A DNA stretch of 64,000 bases from Podarcis cretensis (lineage: Eukaryota): assembly GCA_951804945.1 (NCBI GenBank), contig OX638153.1, positions 45,322,001-45,386,000 of the forward strand, given 5' to 3'. Below are positions 37,253-51,279 of the stretch, in pieces (the stretch's first letter is position 1; every line of letters starts with the position of its first letter). The position numbers and the translations under genes are program-made. Under the pieces are notes generated by a model, which saw nothing but the letters and a program-made list of their open reading frames with translations, had not been told where the DNA came from and did no database searches.

Positions 37253-40200
37253 TACACGGAAACACATGTGGGCTGTACTGTTTTCACAGTGTACTGCTCT
37301 CACCATTCACACATTCACTGGTAACAAAAGAAATGCGAGGCAACTTTAAGTGCCGCATTGCAGCAGTCAGATTTTTAGTGTTGGGATACAGTTACCCTGT
37401 TCAACTTTGTACTGGACTATAATGAATACATGGTTCATCGTGGCCATAAGTGGGAACAATTAAAGTGTAAATTCAGGCTAATCCTTGGACGTCTGTCTGT
37501 GCCACTTCCATCATGTTTTGACAAAACGACTTGATTGTCTTGTGCCCACTGTAGAAGGTACATATTTCCATGGCTGCCGTATGAGAATAAATAATCACAT
37601 AGGGCTGATAATAACTTTAATTTATGTAGTCATTGGTATTAATAAAGTTTTCCTTATTTACAATGATAATTTTGAAATGCCTGGATTGGTCTGACTGAGA
37701 ACCAGTTTTAACAGCAGTCCTTAATACCTCTGCTCTTGCCAAAGTCTCTTTCCATAGCCAGCTAATCAGAACTCCAGAGATATTTTGTGCCTTCTGTAAA
37801 TGTGTGGGTGCAATTACTCAGAGAAGGCAGAATGCTGCTTGCTATTTATAACTTTCATTTTACCTTTTATCTCTCCTTGCACACACTCTCCCTAGCGCTA
37901 TTCAGATTCCCTCCATAATGATGGCTGATTCCTGACTCCCTTTTTTTTTAATCTACCGGGTGAGTGGGAGGTCATAATTTAACTGTGTTGCTGTATGTGG
38001 CAATGCTTTTCTCTTGTCACACATACTTGAAACAAAATAGCAAGAGGCACAATTAGTGCTTTTTAGCACATGGGCCAAACTTCAGTGAGCTGCTCCTGTT
38101 CAAAAAGGAATTTAAAGAGATAGATAGGCAAGGAAAGCCAACCCTGGCCATGTCCAAGAATTCCATGCAAGGCAGTGACAGAGCCTGCTGCTGGATTTCT
38201 GGGATAAAGGACCAATTCTGCACTCTCTACATCACTCAGTAATAGCTTCCCAGTGCACTCAAGCAGGCTCCAATCTATAGTGATGGCACTTATTGTTGTA
38301 GAAGAGAAAATATGACGGCAAAATCTGGGTGGACCCTTGAATAGCATGGCTGGCCGGGAATGGAAAGAGCCCCCTTGGGTTTCAATATAGTTTGGTCCAT
38401 AGCAGGAGCATCTACCAAAGCTTCAGGCCAAGAAGGCCCATGAAATAACACCAGGGTCTTACTTACTTCCTTGCTTGCATAGAATGTCACAGTCTCTCTT
38501 TATAGCTGCTGGTGTTGATCTAGCAGAAATAGTTCAAATGCCACTAAGATTGGAGCCTAAGTTGGGAGGGAGAGGGGTGGGAGGGAAATAAATTGCACTT
38601 GTCAGGTCCAGACATTTATTCTCTGCCTGCACCCCCCGCCCCTAGTACCGTCTCTGTTTTGAAAAATAATAATGGAGGACTTCTTTTTGATCCCTTTGTT
38701 TTAGCTCTCACATTTCTGCAGGAAGGCCCCACTTGACTAAAAAAGATGGCACACAGTTGCATATAATCTGTATCTGCTATTTTATACATTTAGATGCCAA
38801 TTTAGAAATTGCTATAATTGAAATAGAAATACAAATACAGGGTATCTCACCATAGTCCATGAAGTCTGAACTGGTGATTTCTTTGCCTTTCCAATTCAGG
38901 TTCTAACTGATGGTGGGCAATATCCTGGCCCCTGCTCTCTTTTCTTAGGGTTCTTTTTATTTAACAAACCAAACATGGTCCAGACAGTTCTCCAGATAGA
39001 AGACACATCAAATAGAGAACCATCTTCTGTAGAACAGGACCCATGCACCCCCTTCATTTCTGTCTGATTGATTGATTATATTTAAACTCTGCTCTCTACC
39101 CCCATCCATTCTACATAGTTAGAAGCACTCTGTCCTTCTAACCATCCTTGTTAGGCAGGGTAAGCTCTGAGTTAATAACTGGACTAATGAGTGTCACGGC
39201 TGAGAGTGGATATAAATCTGCACCCCTCTGTTCCTAGTCTGATGCTACACTGCACTGACTCTCAGAGGCTTTGTATTTATAGGCATATATGACAGTATAA
39301 TATTCATGCATATTAATTACAGTATACAAGTGTGCACTGACAAATGAATACTCTTTGGATACTGTTCCTGCCCTTGGTATCCAGTGCCAATTATTCAATA
39401 CACTCTAAAGACTGGATATTTAATAGATTTGCTCACATGTTCTGGAGCCTGTGCATCTTACATTAGCAGTAACCTTCTCCCTTCAGCAGCCAGACCTTTT
39501 CAGCTTTCCTGCCTTCCTGGGATTTGTAGGCGAGGACACAGTTCTGTCTTTCAGAAGACAAGCCCTAGAGTTCTACATGTGTTTCATTCTTTTCAAAGGA
39601 GGCCTCTTCTAGCTCACTGTTCAGAATGTTGCTTGCTCTGTTTTAACACTATTTCGGATGGGCTTTGGCAAATTTCACAACAGGAGATCTATAGATATGT
39701 AAATAAAAAGGAAGTAATTTTGCATAAAAACCCTTAGGCATAATGTACAATTTAGGTTGTAATCCTAGACATATCTACTGAGAAGCTATTCTTGTAGACT
39801 TAAATGATATACCCCAGGAAAGTGTACAGTATTCAGGATTGCAACTTTAGCCTCAGTATCCCCCTAAAACTAATGGACTTTTGTAGCCCAGGTTAGGGCC
39901 TTGGTAAAGTGTATTTATTGTGTGTCCACTTACACACACACGGGTCCTGAGACTTGTTAATGTGTGCCCTCCCTTTTTTTGTAAAGTAATTAGACATGCA
40001 TCCCACAATGGGGCAAAGGGTCTCCAAAGAAGAGAGAGAAGAAACAAAATCAAAGGCATGGAAAAGATTGGGATGATTGGGAAGAGCTCTGCAAGTTTTT
40101 GCTACTTTTAAATAAGGGATTGTACATGTGCTCAAGCACTGGAGTACACAGCCAGTGATATATTAAAAAATGCAGGCATAGATAAGGAGCGTTGCATCAC

Positions 40201-41581
40201 TAAGGGTGGTGAAATATACACAACAGCTGGGTAACGAAAGTACTCTATTGTGCTGAAAACTGATCATGAGCAAAAGCTCATGAGCAATGTGTCACTCTCA
40301 TCCACATAATAAAATCCAGAGGAAGTTGGGAGTCTTCTCTGCAAGTCTGAGGAACAGCAGAAAAAGCAGCTGCTCTGTACTAGTGAGTATAAATATCTCA
40401 TGACTGGCCAGTCAGGACTTGTTTTACTACAAAGCTATTAGAATGGATCATTATTGCAATATAGAGACTTAAAGAAGTCTCCCAAAGCCTTTGCTACCTT
40501 AGTGACTTGGAGGGTCCTGTGTTCGTAGAACTAGTACTCCTCAGACTGAATGCATTACAAAAAGAAGAAGAAGAAATCAGTTTTCAACCATATTCATTGA
40601 TCTGAAACCTATTCATTCCAGAAGGCAGTGTATATAATTCCCTAACCGCCCCACCCCCTCACCCAATGGTATAGTTGACGTTATTGCTTTCTTTCCTTGG
40701 TTACTAGATTTGTTATTTTCCCCCTTCTTCCATTTCCTCATATCTTTATTTGTAGTGTTGGAGGACTGAAATTGATGACCTCTGTGCCCGAGTGGAGGGG
40801 AAATATTGCTTCTTTAGCAGCCTACTTAGTGCTAGCTGCCAAAAGATTTAGCCTGGAGAAGTGTCCTTGAAAAAGCAGCCATTTGAGTTAGAAGGCAGGC
40901 AACTTGCTCATCTCTCAGGGTCCTGCCGGATACCTGTTGTGCATTGGAGTGCTGCTCTTAATTTCAGTATCTGCCTGCGCACACACAGGTAGAGAGACCA
41001 TTTGGATTTTTGTAAAGGAGCTTATTAGTTTATGCTATCCTAACAGTATGCAGTAGATGCAGTAAGAGCAGCATCAGCTTGCAGTGCAGTAGCTGTTGTG
41101 GTACCCTCACCTTTCCAGGACTCCATTCCCTCCACCCTTATTTTCACAAGTAGTATTGTGCAGTACAAGACCGTGAGAATGAATGAGTTATTTGAAAGCA
41201 CTTGGACAATTCAAGGATGCTATGTAGACCATCCTGATGCTGATCATATAAGATGGCGTCCCTTTACCAACAATCAAAGAGTGAGGTCTGCTTTAGGAAA
41301 TTGTTTCATCATTTGACTCCATTTAATTAATGAAACTAATGTAGTTCAAGGATAAAAATGTATTTGCTTTTTAAAGATGCATTCAGACACTCCAGTTTGC
41401 GTTGAATCACAATTCATATTAGGTTCATTTAATTGTTCTGCTTTATTTCTGATAAAATATGCAGCTGAATTGATGTGGGATCACTTCCATGTTACTGAAT
41501 AGTTGTATGTGCCTATAGAAAGGGACTCGCCTCTTACTGTGATAGCATAGGAGATAAAAGTGGCTGCTGCTGTCCATGGAA

Positions 41582-41586
<5 letters not shown>

Positions 41587-41624
<38 letters not shown>
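41587..41624. repeat. (TG)n microsatellite
   Basis: Direct dinucleotide run. Confidence 0.95.
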
Positions 41625-41629
<5 letters not shown>

Positions 41630-44600
41630 TAGAGTGTGATTTTAGAGACACTTAGTGAAAAGAAATTGTCATTGCTCTGCCTTATGAACCATGGAAGTGC
41701 ATAGCAACATTCTGTTGTGAGAGATATTGTTCCAGGGAGCAAGTCTGTTATAACCCTGGTACTCTCTATTACAACTTCGTAAAGGCCCAGTGTGGGATTT
41801 TTCATGAATATGGAAAAACAATTATTTGCTAACAAAGTTTTCCATTTCCATGTATCGAGCACAGTTTATGACTATTCCTTCCAGTGCTTGTGATAGCCAT
41901 CTCTATGGTACTCTTGCTGGTGGGAAGAATTAAATCGGCATACATGAGAGTTTGCATAAGGGTGAGTTTTAGGACATGTTACAGCTCCCTTCTGTCTCAG
42001 GCCTTGGATCACAAATCATACCCTGGAAGCAAAGCTTTGAGAAATCAGTCTGCGAATGCAGCAAACTGCATTTATTTTATTTTATTTCTTTAATGTTAAA
42101 GCATTACTTCTATGATATGCTGGTGTTACACCTGTGTTTTCCATAGCAAATGTGTGAAGTACGAATGATGGATGCCGTTATTAAGCACCTGTCTGCAAAT
42201 GGTGAGGAGTCATGGCTCAAACAGCCCATGAGTTCTCGAGGGTTAGTAGGTAGGTTTTGAAAACATACTTTGTGGCTTTAAACTGAAGCCTATACATTCA
42301 ATTAACAAAGCAGCTACTGTTCTGTAAATCCATATTTGCATGTACACATTCATGCAGCCAAAGAATGTATGAATAGGTTCTTCAAAACAGAGCAGTGCCC
42401 TTTTACCATCTTGAATAAAATTATCTGTTTCTAGAGAAATTGCTTTGTTGCGTTTAGGGAACAACTTGGCATCATGTTGGGCTCTGGTCATATCAAGCCT
42501 CAGGAATGTTGCATGCATTGGAAAATATTAACTTCTGAAAGGAGATCTCAAATCACTTAGGGAAGCAAAGCCTTTGAATCTTCTTTATTTTATTTTATTT
42601 ATTTAAGTTTCGTTAATTTCTTAATTATAAAAATACACATAAGCAATACAAAACTAATACAGCATTTCAGAGACAATTAAATGCATTGTTAGTTTAAAAT
42701 GCTTCCCATTAATAATCCACAGATTTTATTTCTTAATTCTTTTTAGGTATTTCTGACTTGTCCAAATGTATTGGTCCTGTTTCAGTGTGAGTGAACAGTT
42801 AAGAGGTCTAGGCTGACACAGTGTTAGAAACTGAGATATGAAAGCTAGGAGCTACATGGCACCCTATACCTAGGTTATGGGTGCAACAATGGAATGTCTA
42901 GGCACACTTTTTTATAGCAATAATACAAAGCTGAAAATGAATGAACTGCAGCTAAAATATTATGTTTATTTTCCATATGGTCTAGTTCTTCCCCTGCCCA
43001 CATCCTTCATATTCTTAAGAGGGTCTCTTCTCCTGTCTTCAGAGACTAGCTGGAAGTGGGGAGGCAGAAAAAGGTCCTCCTTTCCTTCCACTCTGCAGTT
43101 TTAATCTGAAATCTTAGGCTCAGTACTGCACCCAGAGTTCAGAAACTGCTCACACAAATGAAATTCCCTGTTGCAAACTGCGCCTAGAACAATGGGAGTT
43201 TTGAACACTGCTGACATGGTAATGCTCTGCCATTTTCCTTTTTATTAATCCATGTAATGAAATCAAACCATTCCAAAATAAAATTGTCCATCTTTTTAAT
43301 CCTCTTGGCCATTCTCAGTTTATGTGTAACATCTCTTGCTCAGTGCAATACTACAGATTTTTCTATGCCCATAGTCCCTTGTGACCCCCTTCATCTATCT
43401 CCAAAATTGTGCTACTGTTGACCTGGCTGCCGCTAGTAAGTTGCTGATCAGGGCCTCAGCATTTTGATTTATATTATTTTCAGAGAAAATGAGTTTGAAT
43501 CCTCTTAATCGCATAGTTACAGCCAGATATGCAATATCCTTTTCTTGACAAGGTAAAATGAAGACACATTCAATAGAATTCCAGCTTAAGCTTTTAAAAA
43601 CAAATCATATCGTTCCTTTTATTATACTCTTTCCACTTGGTTACATAGATTTGTCTTTGAGGGCATGTTTATCACAACAGGATGTCCTTTTCAAGAAGTA
43701 GTATTTTGCCTGTACTTGCAAAATCATTGTTGTAAAGTCTCTTGAGTTACTTGCAAAAGCATTAATCATTACCTTAGGGAAAATATAATTATCTGTGGAG
43801 AAATCATGTCTTGAGTCTAGGTAACTCTGACTTAACAGCTTGACTGCTGCTCAGTATTCCAGAGGAGAATAGTCTTGGCACCATGCTACTTATTTCCATG
43901 CTAGTTCAGTGCAGTTTAATGAACTGCTGTAGGTAGATCAAATGGTTCCTTTTTTTAAAAGGAGGAAAATGATTCATTCAACTCTGAACACGTTTATCTC
44001 CCTTTAAGCTTTAATTTCTCCCACTGGAAAAAAAATGGTATTCAAAAGTACTCTGGAAGAGGTCATAGCTCTGTGCTAGAACACATGTTTTACATACAGA
44101 AGACAATCTTAAAATTTACATGGAGGCAAAGAATTCAACCCCTTTTTCATTTTAGATAGCAACACAGAGAGAGGTTCCCTTCCTGAGATCTTGATGTGGT
44201 GCTTTCATAAAGAGCATGCAATATTGGACTCGAGGGACCAGTTGTGACCCAGTATGTGGCCGCTTTGCTTAACTTCCATTGCATCATACCCAGTGAATCT
44301 GTTGTTAGCAACCTGCAGCAAATGCGCATTTGGAATTGATAGGATTCAAGGACTGTGCATGGTCACAATGCTAAGACAAAACAAGGTTCAGAAAATTATA
44401 GCCCGTACAAACCCAAGATCCATGAACCTTGGCTTCTTTGGAGACAAAACAACAACAACTGTGAACACTGGTGTGAACCTAAACCTAAACCAGCCACTTC
44501 ATTATTTGTTTCACCTGCTGGAGGAAGCGGGGAGCAAAGTGGGAGGGCTTGAGCTGTGTGCCCATAATTCATGCACAGACTAATTTGCTTAACCATGGTT

Positions 44601-45056
44601 TTTGGTTGAGCATTGCATGACCAATGAATGCCATGGGATATGGGTTATAGTTGAAAGGAGAGGAAGTATGAAGAAGGCAGCATTTGCCCATTTTTCTTTT
44701 GTTTGGAAACACAGAAAAGCCAAAGAGTTGAAGCCATCTATAGCAAACTCCTCCCTGTGCCCCACTAAGTATGATTTGAGTCTTGAACTACTCATGATTT
44801 TTAATCTCAATACCTATAGTAAAGTTTATTCCTCATACGTTGATTTCATTAATGATTAACAATGTAAGGAGAACTCCGCAGAGTACTTACAGTCCTACCG
44901 TTGTAAGAAAATAGGTCTCCACCCTTTTCAGAATGGAATTGCTTCTCAAAGTCCTGGTGCAAGCCAGCCACTGGGCACAGCCAAGTGCTGCTGAAGACAT
45001 CTCAATGTGCAGAAAATGGCCGACCTAGGTGGTAGCCTTAGTTAATTGTTAGTGCT

Positions 45057-45096
45057 ATTTAATTTAATTTAATTTAATTTAATTTAATTTAATTTA
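45057..45096. repeat. (ATTTA)n pentanucleotide repeat
   Basis: Direct tandem run. Confidence 0.9.
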
Positions 45097-46161
45097 TTTA
45101 TTTTTTTAAAAAAAACAGTTTTCAATTCAGGTGCTGCTGTTTTTCATCAACTGGTAGAATAACTTGGAGAGTCAATAAAGTTGCTCCCTTTTATCTGGGC
45201 TATTATGTGGCCACCCGAGGGGCAAATCAGAAGATGGTGTCATGGCATGAGAAGGGCTGTACTGTGGCGGTCAGTATTTTTAAGTCAGAAAGAAGAGAAG
45301 AACCTCCCCTTCCTTATGCATTGGAAAGAGTGCTGCATTTCCTCTCATTTCTCCCTCTATCCCCATCATAACCCAGGATTGGCAGTATCTGTCCCTCAGG
45401 TCAACTTGCTCAGTCACTTGCCAGGTCTCCCTTTAGGTTGTGTTACTTGCAGTTGATACATGATTCTCTTACTGTTCTGCTGGAGCGCTAACAAGTGATA
45501 GGTGATATGGAGTAGTGATATTTTCACGGACCCTATTTCCGCATTGCTAGCTGACAGTTTTGATGTCAAGGGACAAGCTTGCATGGCACGACCGGGATCC
45601 TCTGGCTGGCAAGTTTAATGCTACAGACATGCTCAGAAGTGAATGACTCAGAACTTTTCACTTGGTGATAAGGTATCAATGGGAGAGGTCACTGGTCTGC
45701 TCACTCCAGTTTGTGCATGCTTCTGCTTTTGTAAGTTCACAAATGTAAAATCTAAGCATATTGGTCTGATGTCAAAGTTCAGGACTCTTTGGGGTCACTA
45801 ACTTAGTAGCTTTAGCCTGCAGATATGAGAGCTAGAGAGAGGCTTCAGGGATGTGACTTTCTCATTGCCTCTGGCTAGCTGCAGAAGATCCTGGCCACCA
45901 AGTGTTTAGAACTGACATATCCAAATGTCAAATATTTGAAGATGTATGTGAAAGACCCATGACCAAGCATTGAAGCTGTACCTGATACTCAAAATAAAAT
46001 TGTTAGCAGAGGAAAAAGTCAATCCAGTATAAAACTGATGCAAGTGAACAGCCAGGTCTTGTCTGTGTTTATCTTTTGCCCCACACTTTCCAAGCATAGG
46101 TCCGTGTCTGAGTAGGGTTGTTGTTTTTTGTCCAGAGCTTTCCTTGAAAAAACCTGCTCTT

Positions 46162-46409
46162 GGGTCATTCCACACCAAATCACCTCATTTTAATACTCAC
46201 CTGTGCTCTCACAACTTATATTTTCTTCATTTTTTTAAAAAATGTGTAGATACCTATGAGATAACCTCAAGATTTAAGATTTTTTTTGGTTCAAAATGGG
46301 GCACAGGAGAATTTTTTGAAAATTTTGATTTTCACACATAATTTTTTTTATGAAGAAAATCTGAGTTGTGAGAGCACATGGCACCAGGTGATTTGATGTG
46401 GGATGACCC
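46162..46409. mobile_element. Foldback MITE with GGG termini and 4-bp TSD
   Basis: 24-bp TIR GGGTCATTCCACACCAAATCACCT (2 mismatches to the right end), further internal inverted arms, TCTT on both flanks. Confidence 0.75.
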
Positions 46410-47904
46410 TCTTTAAATCTGAATTGGAGCGCAGTTAATGGCTTCTTCTAATATTCGAAGTGACTCACATTCATCTGGGCCATCTCATAATTTATGCTTG
46501 AAAAACAGTTTCCGACTAAGCCTTGTGTTGCACATTGAGCTATTCCTGAAGACTGCTTGGAAGTTGCTGCAGTAGCAGAATCCGATGGCCTGGCTTCCTT
46601 CATGAATAGGTTGCATACCTGCCAATGTGGCATGAGCCCAAGGTGCTGGTGATCTCTCTTTTTAAAATAGCTTTATATAAACTGGTTGCATCAAACATTC
46701 AGCATCACCTTCTCTCATATGAACTTCCCTGTTGATCAGCTGGACTTAACTTTCCTGAGAAGACATGTATCAGATTGCCATGCTGGAAATTTAGTGTAGA
46801 TTTTTTTGGCAGGCTTTCTAGACTTTTACTGGAAATTTGGGCATCCTCTGATGTGGTTTAGTATGTGTTAGGACTGGTCTTTCCATTTTTTCTTAGCTAA
46901 GTCCACTATATACTAGAAAATGATTATCTTGAGTGCATTGGGCTTGTGGCAGTGAACCCTCTAGTTCTGATTCAGTAAGCTGGTGCAATAGCTCACAACG
47001 TTCAAACTCAGTAATTTGCCGGACAGTTCCTGTTAAGGAAAACCGTTATTTTGGCGGGGGTTAAAACCTCACACAGAGGGATGAGGAATGGGAAGAGCCT
47101 GAACCATGGGGGTTTTATGCTGTAAAACCTGGCATCTTTAAAGGGCTACCAAGGACTAAGAAGCAGTTCAGGGGTGGCAAGGCTGATTTTCACAGACTGA
47201 ATTCAGCGAGGCCATTATTTTGCTGCAGGCTTCCAGTAAATAAAATAAAAGTGCACTCCAGGGCATACAGGTTTTGCAGGAAGGCACTAATCCCCTCCTG
47301 GGTCTCAGTGCCTGCTTCAGCTGCTCTTGACAGTTTCAAACCACTCGACCAACTTGGTAGTACAGCTGTATGCAAATTTTCAAGTGACACAGGAATTTCA
47401 TCCTTTGGGGTTTTGTGTGTGACTCAATAGTCCTAAATCAACAAAAGTTTATCTGTGTAAGAGTCACAAGAAGGTCTTAGTGAAGCAGAATGAAAAATAT
47501 CTGCCATACTGAGACCTTTCTCCACTCTAAATCTTGCAGAATGCTATAAGTACCACTCCATTAAAATGTCACTTAATTGATAATGTTTTCTGCCTGATAT
47601 AGAGCCCTGTATAATTCAAATGCTTACAAATTCCTGTACCTATATCTTCATTTACTAAAGATGAGTAAAAATGAAATTGCATTAAATTATATGTATGATA
47701 GTTTTCAAAAGACCAATTTTAGATGGGACAAGAGTGCACTAGTTTTCCAGTTGTATGCAAGCCCTCAGTCGCTGCGCAGGGAGTGTTGGGCAGGAAAGTA
47801 CAATATATGAAATGTATCATTTTTTGCTGTAACTTTCTTTTGTGTGGGACTGTGTAGGTTTGTTTCCAACTTTGCCATTTATTATTTGTCCCACAGAATA
47901 AAAA

Positions 47905-48236
47905 GCGCTGTTGTCTAAACCACTGAGCCTCTTGAGCTTGCTGATCAGAAGGTCGGTGGTTCGAGTCCGCCCAACAGGTTGAGCTCCCATTGCTCTGTCC
48001 AAGCTTCTGCCAACCTAGCAGTTTGAAAGCACACCAATGCAAGTAGATAAATAGGGAATATAACTGGCTTTGTCACAGTGTTCTGTTGCACCAGAAGCAG
48101 TTTAGTCCTGCTGGCCACATGACCCGGAAAGCTGTCTGTGGACAAATGCCAGCTCTCTTGGCCTGAAGTGAGATGAGCGCCGCACCCCATAGTTGCCTTT
48201 GACTGGACGTAACCGTCCAGGGGTCCTTTATCTTTA
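47905..48236 (+). mobile_element. Sauria SINE, slightly 5'-truncated
   Basis: Homologous to the other two copies; 15-bp TSD CCCACAGAATAAAAA (47890-47904 and 48237-48251). Confidence 0.9.
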
Positions 48237-50582
48237 CCCACAGAATAAAAAACTTGCTCATAGTGCAATTCTTAGAAGCTTCCATAAGATTCAACCCAAC
48301 ATTCAACCCAACATTCAGCTCAATCTCACAGTCAGGATTACGAAAGACCACAGCCCCTTTTTCTCCCCCCCCCCCACAGCTCCCTTGGCTGGAATCTGTT
48401 GTTAAACAGATTTAAAACTGGTTTAAACAGTCTGCACTACTGCAGCAGTAGTATCTGAGAAGCAAAATGAGAAATTGAGTAAGAACTTGGTCAGGTAGCT
48501 TATGTTTTATAATAAAGAGTTCTCTGTTGCTGTAAAGATAGCCACCTTGGCATAAACTTGTTTATATTTGATGGCTGCAAGGCAGGTAGATGCTCAGACC
48601 AACAAACAAGCCCACCTTGCTCATGTCACATAATCCTGGGCAGCTAAAGCAGAAACACTGCCCTTTGTGCCCTTGGCTAAGCATATTTTTAGGATTCAAG
48701 TGTTCGTCTTGTTTTGTCGCATCTTCTCTGCTTGTAGTTTTCATAATTCTCAGGAGGTCGTTAGGTTCTTGAGAGATTAATGAGAAAGCTCCTAACAAAG
48801 TGTACTTGAAGACAACCAGTATGACACACATAATATCAGACTCCATTACACTTCCTTTTTCCAACAGTAAATCTTCAGAAAAATGTATCGATTTTCTTCC
48901 TTCCAAGGTTCTGCACTCTGGGTGAACTTAGTTCTGACAAAACAATAGTAGATAATTTTTCTTTACTAGCCAGCTGGCCTTTAAGTGTGCATTTTCAATG
49001 GCATCCACTTGCAAACTCAAATCCAAATAAACAATAAATATGATTTGCAAGCTGATTTAGGGAATCAATATTGGCTCTTTGTCAGTTCTTATGCTTATCA
49101 GCATATTCTAATCATTGACCTTACATCAAACTACTTGGTTTTAATTGCACATTAGGGGATAAATGTTTAGTGTCGTATGGCTCATTATTTTTCTCTCTCT
49201 CCTCTTTAGCATTGACAAAAAATGCAGCAAAATATTTGAACAGGATTATAAGGATTACTTTGGGAAATTATTGTATAATTAGATTCTTACTGCAGTTTGT
49301 TCATTTTTGCATGGTATGCATCTAGCTGTAGGCCTGCCAGAAGCAAAAAAACCAGAAACTTGTCTTGGCTATCTGACTCCCCTGTGGTTCCCACCATGTA
49401 GCTCATGTTAATATCGCCTCATTGTTTGTTTGAACTTTTATCTGAAATGTTTTGAAGGCTGCCCAGGGGTTCGAGTAAATAACGTTGGCCTATAGCCAAA
49501 CAACTCTATGAATTATATAACATTTATTCAGCCTTTTTATTGAAACTTCATTCCACACAAATCTTCAACAGCATCAGGTCTAGATTAACTATTTTTCTAA
49601 ATATGCTACAGCAGCACAAGGCTTTCACTGAGTCAACAGACCAGAAATCTCCCTGATACTAAGCTGTGTGTTGCTCATCCTGTTCCCAAGAGTCAGCTAG
49701 TTTTTAAAAATTCCATAGGCAGCTGTACCTTTTGTTACATAAAGTAGGAGCAATGAACATATTCCCAGATGTGTGCATTTAGTCAACCAACATTGGCTCA
49801 GCAAGATGAGCATATTTAAGCCATTCTTGCTTTCCCACCATCCTCAGTGAAAACCAAACCAACACTGTGGGCAAATACACCACATCAAGTTCAGAGTAGA
49901 ACATAATAGTTCTAAATACAATCCTCACTTCTTTTTGCCTTGGGATAGATTTGCTTCTGATTCCTGATGAGTTGGAAACTAGCTTTCAGGCTATACTTGG
50001 AGACGCGGACAAGAAGTGTAGGCCTCTTTCTGTTTCATAGCCTGCAACAAATTCCTATTATTTGAGCTACTTGTGGCCCCTGTGGTGAGGGTGGCTATCC
50101 ATTGTCTTAGAGCCAGAATTCTATAGCAAAAAATTACTTATGCTACAGAATATCTTTCTATCGTAACCGTTGCTTGTGAATCTGTAGCAAATGTGAGAAT
50201 CTGAAATACAACATCAAATTAGCAGCTTGGTGGTAGTTTGGAGTCACAGAATTAGAATTTCCTCATCCTTGTTCCTTTGCCACTGACATTCTACTTCCTG
50301 GTTTTGCTAGCAGCTGATTGTCACCAGCCTACTGTAGGCCTTATCTGCTCACTATACTCTCCCCCCTGCACCTATGCAGTTCACATAGGAAGGAAAGAGC
50401 TTGCCTGTTCTTCTTGCAGGGATAGCTTCAATATCTGGCCATCCTGTTGTGCTCTTGGGTATGTGGAAAGAGGTCAGATTTGTTTTTTGGGAACAAGGAG
50501 AGCTTCACTTAAATTTGATACCATGATTTGCAAAAGCAACGTAACAAACTATCTTTCTGGTTTTTTTCTTTTCTTTTTCCAG

Positions 50583-50758
50583 AGGTTGAAGACTTTCAAG
50601 CATTTTGTGTCAAGCCATCCAGTTTGCAAAACAGATGGGATTTGGTTCTACCAAACCTTTCTTCTGGGAAAATGCACTGAATCAGAGGCTGTGCCTAATA
50701 TGGCTGGTTTTGACCTTTACCTCTACTGGAATGGACCCCAATGCATGACTTCGTTACC
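50583..50758 (+). other. FAM53B: FAM53B 5' UTR portion of the first coding exon
   Basis: Long polypyrimidine tract ending CCAG at 50582, 176 nt upstream of the ATG; acceptor inferred. Confidence 0.7.
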
Positions 50759-50827
50759 ATGGTGATGATCTTAACTACAACTCTGGAAAACAAAGGTGCT
50801 GATTCTCTATCATGCAGGGCTGAGTTG
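50759..50827 (+). CDS. FAM53B: FAM53B (Simplet) first coding exon
   Basis: accATGg Kozak; MVMILTTTLENKGADSLSCRAEL resembles recalled human MVMVLSESLSTRGADSIACGTFSREL; donor TTG|GTAAGA. Confidence 0.88.
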
Positions 50828-51279
50828 GTAAGAGAGTTCATTTCACACCAACAGCTTAGTTTACTCTATCAGCCGTTTATATTCTTCAGAGTGTAGGGCT
50901 ATCTCCTTTGGGGTAAAACAAATGGGACTCTTTCCTTAAAGCTCAATGTAATTATGCCAATGGATGCACAAGAAGAACATACCTGTTTGGTGCTGCATAT
51001 GTAGAGTCTTGTGTTTTAAAGGGCAATGTTGGCTTACCTGCGCATTAGCTGTGCATAAGGGATCTTTGGTCTGGGAGTTCTGCAAGAGTAGGTACTGAGG
51101 ACTTACTTTAATTGAGTCACTTGGTTTATGAAATGTCACATGGGTAAGCTCTTCTGGCCTGCTTAGCATCACATTTAAATTTGACAGTATTCCCAGAGAT
51201 GTTCATGATATGACTGCATTCAGACTTAACAGTTACCTGTTGAAACAACAGTTGTTGTTAATTTCATTTCTATACTATA

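Noticed and set aside
45205-45226. CTCF-like TGGCCACCCGAGGGGCA
   Set aside because: Mismatches at core positions of the consensus; not supportable from sequence alone
10481-50759. EEF1AKMT2-FAM53B read-through fusion protein
   Set aside because: Splicing exon 5 (phase 1) to 50583 is in frame with the FAM53B ATG but meets stops at 50678, 50696 and 50711, so no fusion protein by this route; a read-through RNA cannot be judged from sequence
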